Below are positions 50,661 through 62,200 of a DNA stretch of 64,000 nt, in pieces. The stretch's first letter is position 1. Each line of letters begins with the position of its first letter. The notes beneath the pieces were generated by a model. The model was not told the DNA's origin. It searched no databases and was given only the letters and a program-made list of their open reading frames with translations. Where the stretch lies: NCBI GenBank assembly GCA_965112155.1, contig OZ218101.1. The stretch is one strand, 5' to 3'. The translations under genes were made by a program, and so were the position numbers. This stretch comes from Podarcis liolepis (Eukaryota).

Positions 50661-51165
50661 ATGCAGGTGGGCTGCAGATTGGGAGGAGGCAAAGGTGTGC
50701 ACTCAAACCCTACCCCCAGCTCCCTCTATGCATCTGTTCCACTCAGAGTTTCCTATGTTGAGAAGCAATCAATGGTGGCTGGTGTCCATTGTGATTTGTG
50801 GGATGGAAAGCAGGGAGCCCAATAGCAGGTGGAGCCAACTAATCCTGTCTCCATCCTCCTCCCTATAGAGTCTGACAGAGGTGACACCAAGACTATAGAG
50901 TAGAAAGGTGCTACCTCCAGAATGGTTGTAAGTAGGAAGGCAGGAGGACTTTGAAGAATCAAGGCCGAGGTTGGCTGGGAAGTGCCTCCTTTGCCATAAT
51001 GGGCCAACCTCCACTGTACCATGTCTGAAAAGAGAGCCTTAGCATGTTGCTAGAGATCAATGCCTATTTTGGTTCCTCTCTAGTTTGTCATTTTGCCAAT
51101 TGTATATTCATTCTCCACATACCCACAGCAATCTGTGATTTTTTTAAAAAAAGAAATCGTGAATA

Positions 51166-51387
51166 CAGTGGTACCTCTGGTTACGAACTTAATTTGTTCC
51201 GGAGGTCCGTTCTTAACCTGAAACCGTTCTTAACCTAAGGTACCACTTTAGCTAATGGGGCCTCCCGCTGCCGCCACCGTGTGATTTCTGTTCTCATCCT
51301 GAAGCAAAGTTCTTAACCTGAGGTACTACTTCCAGGTTAGCGGAGTCTGTAACCTGAAGTATCTGTAACCCGAGGTGTTTGTAACTG
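51166..51387 (+). mobile_element. Tc1/mariner MITE, copy 3 (damaged right TIR)
   Basis: TA|CAGTGGTACCTC start, body homologous to 12549-12790, ends ...ACTG|TA. Confidence 0.85.
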
Positions 51388-52149
51388 TATATGTCAGCAT
51401 TTTAGTGTGAATTTCTCCTAACATACACATTTTTGCAAACATTTCCCTCTAATATAACACACTTTTATATGTTCAGTATTATATGTATTTTTATGCACAT
51501 TTCCCCTTAAAATAATGTGAGCTGAACAGTAAAATGGTAGCAGTTTTGTTTGAATTCCTAGTTGTGCTTTGGTTTGTGCATTGGTTTGAGATGTACAAAT
51601 TAGATAGTTTCTCATTAAAAAGCAAGCAAAATTGAATTTCTCTTCCATCCCTTGTTCAGCTGAAGTTGCTTAGTATCTTCCACATGATTGGAGATCCAGC
51701 CTTATCAGAGTTATTGATCACAAGGATGAGTCTCAATGCATTCACCTCAACACGTTTAGAATCCCACTTCGGACCTTCCCTCTCAATAAAGGGAGGTTTG
51801 AATTGGAACCAGCAGGCAAGAGGGATGTTGGGGCAGGGTCTGCCTGTGTTCCCTCCCTTCTTTAAGCTCCCACCAAATGCTGGAGGAAAGCTATATTTTC
51901 TATCAGTTTCCCATCATTATCTTTTTAAAAAAAATCAGTTCCTTCCTCATTATTTAGTACAAAATTGCAGGCACACCAATTAATAACATGCTAATTACTG
52001 ATACATAATGACATTAATAATAGTGAACACTAAAAATTTCAAGAGTAAGGCATGGAAAGAAATAATGACATAAGAATACATACACTGAAAAACAAAGCAA
52101 AAAAGACTTCATCATATAGCTCGTTTTGGATGGCATTTGAGATATATGG

Positions 52150-52835
52150 TGTTAGGGGAGGAGGAGTATCTCTGGTGGGGACACGTTGTGCTCCTTCTAA
52201 GGTAGTTTGTCCACCTTTGGTCCCCAGCCTGCACTCAGTTCTCATCTGTGGCTCCTAGAAGCTGTCAGCATGTGACAGTGGCCACTCCCTGGGAACAACT
52301 TCGACTGGCCCCCTAAACCAGGTGAGGGTAGCCAATGGGTCTCAAACCTTTGGTGAGTTAGGGACTTTCCCTTTATGCAAAGATAGGCTCTGGTGGATTG
52401 AGTGGACAAGACCAATAGTGGGCCCAATGGTCAAGAAGGTGGTTTCTTTACGTGCTGTAGAGGGAAGTGAGATGCAGATGGGGCTTGTCAACTTTGGAAG
52501 GTAGTCCATCTAGGAGAAGGAAAACTCTGATCCTAAACCTCCACTGCCTTGTGAAAATCCTCAGGAGACGTAAAGGCTAAGGAATAAAACCTATGCAAAT
52601 CTGAAGTGGGGTCCCTAAGATATTTGGATGGCACCTTGTATGGCATTTGATATTTGGATGGCACCACCTTCCAGCAACTCCTGCAGCCAAGCTGGTGCCA
52701 AATGTATTGCTCTGCTTTTCTTTGGACAAAATCAGTCAGGCTGAGGGGATGGAGTTTGGGCAGCCCATTACCTCCAGACACAGTGCCCAGGCTTGTGCTC
52801 TGGGGAGATCACTTCAGTACTGCTAAGACAACTGT
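52150..52835 (+). mobile_element. Probable interspersed repeat (possibly a LINE 5'UTR-like sequence)
   Basis: GC-richer block than its flanks, with an internal 17-bp duplication GATATTTGGATGGCACC. Family uncertain. Confidence 0.35.
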
Positions 52836-52881
52836 TACTGTTTGACTTCACTTCTGGAGGTGCACTCCAGATGGATGCCAA

Positions 52882-52888
52882 ACACACA

Positions 52889-52941
<53 letters not shown>
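52882..52941 (+). repeat. Compound (CA)n(GA)n microsatellite
   Basis: Directly visible. Confidence 0.95.
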
Positions 52942-52947
<6 letters not shown>

Positions 52948-55184
52948 AGAGAATCCTGCCTTTCTTCTATTGTGGAATCCAATGTGGCATTTCACATGTG
53001 GTTCACAGGTGAAAGATATGCCATGGGACAGTGACTGGTATGAATTGTTTATTTGCTTTTAAAAAAACACATAAATGAACTAACTGTGCCCTCCGAGGAA
53101 TAGTCGCTAGTTCTTATTTCAGTGTGTGAAATGGCAATTTTTAATGTAACCTCTTAACAGCACACAGAACAGGGTGGAGCATAAATCTGAACAATACTGT
53201 CTGTATACACCTGCGAATGAAAATGTGTAAGAGTTGGGTGCATACAACTTCAGCAAAGGGCTTGTTGTTGCTACTTGTTTAATTAGCTTGCCTATAGTGT
53301 TTTGCATAGGGGAAAAAATAAGCTTATTGTCAGGTGCAAATGTAGCACCTGTCAGGTGCAGGCTTGCATTATAATCTACAAGGTTACAGGAAATGAACTT
53401 TCCATGGTCCCCTATCTTAGAGAGAGTAAGGAAGTGCTGGCAAGGAATTCTAATCCCATACTGAAACAAAACCTACACATATGGGTAATTATATTTTCTT
53501 AGACGGAGCTAACATTATCGTTGCCTCTTCCTCCCTTTCCACTGACTTAATTTAGATTGTAAAATGTATTTATATCAACACACAAACTTAAAATGTCTGC
53601 CACGTTTCACCCTACCTCCTGGTGAGCTTTGGCTTCCAACTCTTAGCATTCACAAGATCCAAATATTGCAGAGAACCTTATTTTCCACCCTGCTGCGTTC
53701 CCATTTGCAGTTTGTGCCAGGGCTGGGCCAGGAAGCTCTAGGGGAGATGAGAAACAGGGAGACTCAGTAGTCCACTAGAGGTTAGCTCTTCAGCATTATT
53801 CCCTGGGACAAATGCTCCACCTGCCCAATAGATGCAGTCGCTCTGCTTGTGTGATATGCCTGACCGCATGTCTAATAAGCTGCTGCATCTCCTCTTATAT
53901 GGTCTTCATCTCAGCAAGCATAGTAATAAAACAAATCTCTTGTTTTTACCACAAGCTAGAGGAAGGGCCATAGTTCAGTGTCGCAAGTAAAAAGTCCCAG
54001 GCTCAATTCCTGCCACTTCTTGATAAGGCTAGAAAATCCTAGAGAGCTGTTGCTAGTTAATGTTGATAATACTGAACTGTTGGACCCAAGGTGCAGCGTG
54101 ATGCAAGGCAGCTTCCTTCTATGTTCCTATGGCAGGGAAGAACTTTATAGAAGCACCCAAAAAGGAGCTGATTTAAAAAACACATTTTGGAAATGGACAT
54201 CGAAATTTGATGGTAAACACGTTTATCATTTGCTTTCAATCTCCGTGATGCATGCAGAGGATCCCAATGAGGGCATGAAATTATAACTGAGTCCCTGAAA
54301 TGATCTCATGGGACTCTGTTCAGTTATTATTTATGCGCTGGTAATAACTTACAGAATGGAGAAAGTTAATACAATGGCATATCGCTAACCAACTGTTCAG
54401 AAGCAGCCCAGGGAACCTCATGCCACAAACGCTTAATCCACAAATAGATTTGTACTGCAAGTACAGTTAATGAATACGTAGCATGCTCCTGTGGGAACCC
54501 TGCCACTGTTAAATTTGTAGCCAATTAGCAGTGTTGCACAATTCCAGCAGAGTAACACCAGTCTCCATAGACCTAGTACACAGAGTGAAATTAGTTTAGA
54601 CAAATACCCCTTAATCCCTTGTTCTTGGCTGGTCTGGAGCTCCAACTGCTAAGTGTTAATAGCATTGGGAAATTCCAATTCCCAGTGTCAAGTGCTTAAA
54701 AGAATCAGTTTGTGAGGACATTTATTTTGCATTCAATTTGGTCATTGCTCCGAGGTAAAAATCTTTTGTAGAAACAAATGTGGCATTCTCTGCAGAAGAC
54801 TGTTGTAGTATTTTCCCCCTCACTCCATAATATGTCATGATAATTTAAAGGATAATAAAAGAGGGGTGTGTGGACTGGGGGTGTTTAGGAAAGACAGGTA
54901 TTAATTGACAGAGATTTTGTTTCATCCAGAGGATATTCTTTTTCAGTACAGTAAGGTGGGTCCCCCCCCCTTTTTTCCTTTTGAGTGTGGTACATTAAAC
55001 AGTATCACATCCCTTCTGGAGTCTTGGATTGTTCACTTAAGTGGTCTTTGTGACATTTACATGTGTATGTTGTGCCCTCTGCTGGCAAATATGTTTGTTA
55101 CAGCACCTTAGTCTACAGAAGAACACCCTGTCATTCAAGTAAAGTCAAATATTATCCCAGCTTTAATTTTCCAGTCAGATGCAA

Positions 55185-55470
55185 CTTTATTTATGTATTT
55201 ATTTGACCAATTCATGAATTGATTCCCATAAAAAATGCATAAGCAATCTAACAACAAAATGTTAACATTTGTCAAGCAGTGTCAAGTCATGGATAAGAAT
55301 CCATGGATTCTTATGGACAGACATGGATAAGAATCACCACTTAAAAGGTTTCTTGAAAAAGGAAGGCCTTCCATAGATTCTGAAACATGAATAGATGTGG
55401 CAGCTGGCTAATATGTAGCAGGAGGGAGTTCCAAAGGGCAGGTGCAGCCATGCTAAACACTCCAAATGAA
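55185..55470 (-). mobile_element. L2-type LINE 3' fragment
   Basis: FSMAAPALWNSL....FQNLWKAFLFQETF, followed by an AT-rich tail. Confidence 0.65.
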
Positions 55471-55684
55471 ACAATTCTCAGAATTAAACCTTCTGCAAAC
55501 TTGTGCTCTCTTTCTTGGTTGAAATTTATGCTTTCAAAATGCATTTCTCCAAATAGTTTCCCAAATACAAATCTGACTATGTGATGCTTTCAAAGTAAAG
55601 TGTTCATTGTTGTTAATTATTGCACTGTGGAGTTAACACAGAATGCAAAATGAAAATAACTGGCAAGCAACTTCCCCAGGTGTT

Positions 55685-56225
55685 TGCAACCTTGAGACCG
55701 GACTACTGCAATGCACTCTATGTGGGGCTACCCTTGGACCTGGTAGGGAAGCTCCAGCTTCTACAGAATGCAGGGACTAGAGGGCTGATGGGGGCAGATG
55801 GCTGATAGCATGTGACACCTTTGCTAAAACATCTGCACTCGTTGCCCATACACTTCCAGGCCAGGTTACTGTATTAATATACAAAGCCCCAAACAAACCT
55901 CTAAGGACTGCCCAAGCCCTTTTATCTCAGCTTGATCACTGAGATCCTTCAGAGGAGTTATTTCTTCCTTGCATTTCAGGCTTCAATTGGAAGTCAGGCA
56001 TTTAAAAATTCATCAGGCTACTAACTTTCAGGCATCTCTTGTAGATCTTTGTATGCTGACAGGCCTATTCAGTTGCTTACCTTATTTTTTATAAAGATGA
56101 ACCACTATTTTTACAATTATTTTGTACTGTTTTTATGATATTGCATGCTCTATTGTATTTGTATACATTGTTACACTATCCCTTGATATATTCTGTATGA
56201 GTGGGTGGTTTATAAATACAATGAG
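55685..56225 (+). mobile_element. L2-type LINE 3' fragment
   Basis: DYCNALYVGLPL..VGKLQLLQNA....HVTPLLKHLHSLPI is typical of the L2 ORF2 C-terminal region. Confidence 0.75.
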
Positions 56226-57029
56226 TTTCGCAGGCGTAAACAGTTACAGCAAATGCATTTATTTAATAGGATTACCACCCCTGCCATTACAATGGATAAT
56301 GTGCTGGAATGTGATGTGTGTCTTGGATGCACAAAGACAGGCTGCCACGGAGTGCCAGGCCACCATGCATCAGGCCAGGCTTTTCTCTCATCATAGCAGT
56401 GTCTCCAAGTGATTTGATTTCTCCCATAGGAGTGAATGGCAAATATTCACTTATATGGGAGAGAATAAACAGGAAGTCCTGGGCATGTCTGCAGTCTAGT
56501 GACACCAAACACGGGGTATCAAGGTCTCTCCTATCTGGTTCAATTCCTGCCTTATCATGGGATCTGCTTCTTGGGTGGAATCTACACACATATAAAAAAC
56601 AATGTGAAAATGCCTAATTATTTTTTTTAAAAAAAAATACATTGAATTTTGCATAGCTCACTCTCTCCATCTAGTGTCACATTTGTATATTGCACTTTAT
56701 AACACATTTAAAATGTTTTATTTGCAGATGTATAGCTGAGTCCTTGGTCTGTGACAAAATGTTGGGAGCTGGCCTTTATATAGCTTATACTTCCATTGTA
56801 AATGTTAGGCCTATTTGTTATTTCTATAGTGCTATGCAGTGTGTGAAATAATCTGCAAGTCCCATGATGTTGTACCATAGCCTAACTCACCTGACAGAGT
56901 TATTGTTGACTAAGTCATATTGAATGGCCTTCTATTGAGTGGGGCTGAGAGAGCGATTCAGGATTTCTCACGTTTCCAAGACATCCTAAATCTAAGAAGC
57001 TTTTGTTAATTTATTTTAAAACCAATAAG

Positions 57030-59140
57030 CTCCAGTAAAGAAGAGGGGAAGACTCGAGAACAACAGAAGCAGACCTCAGAACATTCCAAGCAGCCTTTGG
57101 AAGGCACAGCCCATAGAATGATTCCTGCTACTTCCTAGAGGAGGAGGAGACGAGTGGTGGTGATAGGTGACCACCTACTGAGGGGAACAGAGGCAGTAGT
57201 GTGTGGAGGAAACAGGATCTCACAGGAGGTGTGCTGTCTTCCGGGTGCAAAGATTCACGATGTACAAAGTCCACTGACCACTACCCCTTCTTTCTTATTC
57301 ATGTGGGTACAAATAATACTGCTACACATAGCCTGCAACACATAGCAAGTGACTAGGAGACACTGGGCAGGGAGCTGAAGAGACTTGGGGCACAAGTGGT
57401 CTTTTCATCACTACTTCCTGCTGAAGGTCATGGCCCAAGAAGAGAGAGGAAAATACTTGAGGTAAACCACTGGCTGCGCGGGTGTTGTTGTCAGGAAGGA
57501 TTTGGCTTCTCTGCTTTCATGAGGTAGAACTTCTGGCAACAGATGGGCTGCACCTCATAGCAGCTCACAAGAATGTGTGTGCCAAGAGTCTTGAGAATCT
57601 GATCAGGAGAGCTTTAAAATAGATATTGAGGGGGAGGGAGAAATCAATATGAACAACAAAAGAGGACCTGGCACTGGGGATAGCTTCACTGATGCACAGG
57701 AAACTGAGGTGGTGCTCCAGAAACCTGCTAAAGGGAAAGAAACTACAGGAAGGAAGCAGCTGCAAGGAACAACTCATGGTTTCAGTTGTCTCTACACAAA
57801 TGCACAGAGTATGGGAAACAAACAAGATGAAGTGGAGCTTTTAATACAGGATGGCAAATACGACCAGGTAGGTGTCACTGAAACCTGGTTGGATGAGACT
57901 CATGATTGGAATGTAGGAATTGAGTATAACCTGTTCAAAAAGAATAGACCAAACAGGAAGAGAGGAGGAGTAGCATTGTATATAAATGATGTGTACACTT
58001 CTGAAGAAATCCATGACCTGGAGCATGAAAAGCAGATTGAGAGTATATGGGTAAAAACTGTAGGCGAGAGAAACAACAGTGACCTTACTATGGGTGTCTG
58101 CTATAGACTGCCAAGCCAGACTGAAGACTTGGATGATGCCTTACTAAAGCAGATTACCAAACATTCAAAAAGGAGAGAGATAGTAATTATGGGGAAATTC
58201 AACTTCCTCGACATCTGTTGGGACTCAAACTCTGCCAAGTGTGTAAGGTCTGACAAATTCATCCATTGCATCACTGATAATTTCATTTCCCAGAAGGTGG
58301 AAGAACCAACAAGGGGATCATCTATTGTGGACCTCTTCCTCACCAATAGGGAGGAACTGATTGATGAAGTGGAAGTGCTTGGAAACTTGGGAGGAAGTGA
58401 TCATGTTTTCCTGGGTTTCAGGATACAGAGGCAAGGGACACATACTCTGGACTTTAAGAAGGCCAATTTTGAAAAGCTGAAGGAGCTACTGGGTGTGATC
58501 CCGTGGTCAGAAATACTCAATGAGAAGGGAGTCCAAGAAGGATGGGAATTTCTAAAAGGAGAAATATTGAAGGCCCAAATGGAGACAATACCAGCAAGAA
58601 AGAAAAGTGGGAGGCATCTAAGGAAATTGGTGAGGCTGCATAAGGAGCTTACAGATGAGCTGAGAGTTAAGAAGGGCATGTATAAGGAATGGAAGAAAGG
58701 GGAAATCACAAAGGAGTATACATGAGTAGCCAACAGTTACGGGGAAAAGTCAGGCTGGCTAAAGCTCAGAATGAGCTCAGACTTGCAAGTGAGGTTAAAA
58801 ATAATAATAAAGCTTTCTTTGGCTATGTCCGAAGCAAGAGGAGGAACAAGCAAGTGGTAGGTCCTCTCGCTGGGGAACACAGAGAAATGCTATTGGGGAC
58901 AGAGAAAAGGCGGAACTACTCAACACCTACTTTGCCTCTGTCTTCACCCAAAAGGAAAGTGATGGCCAACCTGGTGATAACAGGAAAAAATGATGTAAGG
59001 AAGGAGCTGCAGCCCAAGATAGGAAAAGAGGTAGTAAGGAAACATGTAGCTACTTTAAATGAATTCAAATCTCCAGGGCCTGATGAGTTGCATCCAAGGG
59101 TACTAAAGGAGCTTGTGGGTATAATTTCAGAGCCTTTGTT
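57030..59140 (+). mobile_element. CR1 LINE internal fragment: ORF1 SGNH-esterase remnant plus ORF2 endonuclease and linker; RT missing
   Basis: ORF1 remnant RRRRVVVIGDHLLRGTE...CCLPGAKI...IHVGTN...DGLHL. ORF2 has APE motifs CLYTNAQS, GVTETW, CYRLP, MGKFN, DLFLTN and GSDH. Ends at KSPGPDELHPRVLKEL...ISEPL. Confidence 0.92.
57649..58725 (+). pseudogene. CR1 ORF2 endonuclease domain, 358-codon open stretch before the first frameshift
   Basis: From the ORF track. The catalytic GDFN motif reads GKFN, and ORF2 continues in shifted frames to about 59137. Confidence 0.85.
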
Positions 59141-59260
59141 GGGCGGTATTCAATGTTAGTCCTACTCAAGATAGACTGACTGCAGTTAATGGACAAATCT
59201 AACATCACTTCATTAAATTCAGTGGGTCTATTCTGAGTAGGACAAAGTTGAATACAACCC
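59141..59260. mobile_element. Short palindromic repeat (MITE-like) at the CR1 breakpoint
   Basis: About 50-bp imperfect inverted arms GGGCGGTATTCAA...TTGAATACAACCC. Confidence 0.75.
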
Positions 59261-62200
59261 TCTATGTTTTTCATGTTTTTTCAGGTTCAGGGACTTCTCA
59301 ATGGCCCCACAGGAGTAAGGGGCTACTCATTAATAAAATACTTCTCACAAGTAGACCAGCTTCCTCAGGATGTCCAGATGGTTTGCTGCTGTACTCTGGA
59401 TGGGATTCTGAAGACTTAGGTTAAAAGCCTTCAGATCCCAGCACAGCATCCTTGCACCAGCTCCTTGACTTGAATTTTCATTTAGCAGTTTACTAGCCCT
59501 GTTCCCCCATGTTTTGATTTTGGACTTTTTTTGACCTTGCCTCTTGTGTTCTCCCTGTTTTGACTTTGGACTGCTACCAGACCTTGCTTTTTGTATTGTC
59601 CCTGTGGATAGATTTGGACTTGCTGAGCTTCATTTGAAGCAGGGCACCTGCATCTGTTCAGGAAATGTGGACCAGGGCAGTTTACTGTAAAATGCAGACT
59701 GAACAAAATCCTCAAGCTCCATATATTCAATACATACATGGCTGGTCATTCTCAGTCAGGACCATGATAGATCATCAGTCTGACTTAGCCAATATGTCCT
59801 GCCACTCTTAACTCAAAAATGAATGATGACGGAGGAAGCAAGTGTCCCAAAATAAATATTGTATGCAAGAATTTTCCATCCAATTTTAGATTTGTAGTCA
59901 TTGTGAGCTGGCCACTTGCAATGGCAAATTTCACCTCTGCCACTTTCATATTCTGACTTAATATGTGGTCATTTCCTCCACAAGATTATTTTAGACAATA
60001 GCAAAGTGCCTATAATGTCAGCTGTTAAGTGCTCATCCCTCTCCTGTTCGGAATGATCTTTCACGGAACCTGCTGTGTTGCTATCATGCTATTAACATTC
60101 CACGGAAGTTGCTGGAGTGTTAGGAGCTACCTGACACATTCTGCAGCACAGCAGGGGCATTCCGCTTGGACGTTCCATACTTGCAGTGTCAGGCTGCAGT
60201 CACAAGGTTAACACCATACTAAACTATGTAATTTTTAGATACAGCCTTTTATGCAGACAGAAATTGCTGTGTCGCACATGCACAAATTAGTCAGCTATCC
60301 GCATGCAATTATGGACTAAAACCAACTGCATGAAAATAATTAGCACGTTTGCCTAATGACTTACTTTATTTCTCCATACGTCACCCAGCATGATCAGAAA
60401 ACACTGCTGGATTCCTTTATTACTTTATATATGTACATGTGATTCACCCTGTCTGTCTTACAAATTGCAAAGGGAGTCAAAAGTAGTGCAGAAATCTTTT
60501 AGACTGCTGATAAAATGTTTCATTTTTTATGATTGAGTTAGCTTAATCTTCAAGAGCTAAATGTAATTAGGTATCAGAATTGATTAAGTGCAGCTAGAAT
60601 TTACAGGAATCTGGATCCTTAAAACCCCCTCAGACTTCTCTGTACAGTCAGAATGAACAACATAGCCAGCACTCAGTGGCCAATTCCGTTCTCCATTTCC
60701 TTTGTGCACTTCCATTTTGGATTCATTCATACTATACATATCATCATGTGGTCATGAGTGTCCTTGGGGGCAACTGCCTTACTTGAATGTACATAGACAC
60801 AGGCATATCCGTCAATACCCATCCATGCACATGTAGTCAACAAGAGATTTAGAGTGATCTCTGAGTCCAGTTGTATGGAGAGTGGCTGCGAGAGTTGGAC
60901 TCTGCAGTTTTCTGGAGGAGAACCTTCCTAGGCCAGCAGGCAACCCAGATGAATGCTGCTTATTCTTATCTAATGCTGTGGTTTCTGGAAATGCTATAAG
61001 AGTTGGAAAGCCTAGAAACACTATGATAGTTTAAACAGAAGAGTTGTGGTACTTTTTTGGGGGTGCTGCTGGACCCAGCCCTGCCTTTTTTGAGGGGCAG
61101 GTGGGAGCAGTAGCCAAGAATAGAAACCATGTCTGATGACGTAGTATCTTCAGTAGGTATCTAGTACTCATTAACTGCCTTTTGCTTTCTGAAGTAGCCC
61201 ATTTCTAAATATATAGAATCTGTTTTGCTTCTTTGTTTTCTCTCGCTAGCAACCTTATATAGAAAAAGTGTGGGCCTTTCACTGAACCTTCAGTCAATGA
61301 AAACAGTAGCACTAAGTGTCTATTTTTCAATGCTACCCATTTCCCTGAGAAACTTGTCACCACTTTTGGTTTCCATTCTGCTGTGATACTTTTGATTCCA
61401 TTTGTACATGAGGATTTTTTTGGATTAATTTCAGTCTCAGGCCAAATGGCAGTAGGCATAGCCAACACAATCTCATCTGCTAGTTTCGATTCTGTACTAG
61501 TTCCCAATAAGTTAGGTAGACAACCATGGTAGGGAAAGAAGGTGGTGCTCAAACATGAATTGGGGTAACTATGTTCAAGCAACCTTTGTCCACTGATCAT
61601 CCTCTCACCATAATTTCACTGTAAACGATCTGAAAAGTGTAAGTGATGTGAATAATTCAGAAGGCACAAATTAAATCCATCACAAAATGTTTCCTGAGAG
61701 CATCCAAAGATGATATCTAATACCCAGTGTAGGGTACCAATGCTATGTGAAAAATACAAGAGCATCTCTGTGTTTTCAAAACATTACACAAGTAGTGGCT
61801 CACAACTCAAGCAATTGGGATCAAGCAACATGAAGACAACTTTCATACCAGCTGTTGTGTGAATCACATACATTGTTTGTCTTGTGAATATAAGAAAATA
61901 TTATTCAGTGCTAGAGCCAGTCACCCAAACTCTGAAATTAGATGTAATGGAAATGAATGCACATATAAAAAAACTTGCTGGGAGTAGTAGGATAACACAG
62001 GAAAGCTAATAAGAAGACCTTTAGCACAATAGTAGAGAAGTGCAAGAAACTGGAAGGTGAAATAAATGCAGAACTAAAAGCATCTGTGTTTAGGATAAAA
62101 TGCATACAAAAATGTAAAATTTATAAACAATGTCCATTGTGCTAATATTCCTACAGGTTTTAAATAATTAGCAGATGGAAACAGGATGGAATAGACTTGT

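Noticed and set aside
53119-61600. 116-aa (53119-53469) and 131-aa (61205-61600) minus-strand ORFs
   Set aside because: No recognisable homology, motif or splice context.
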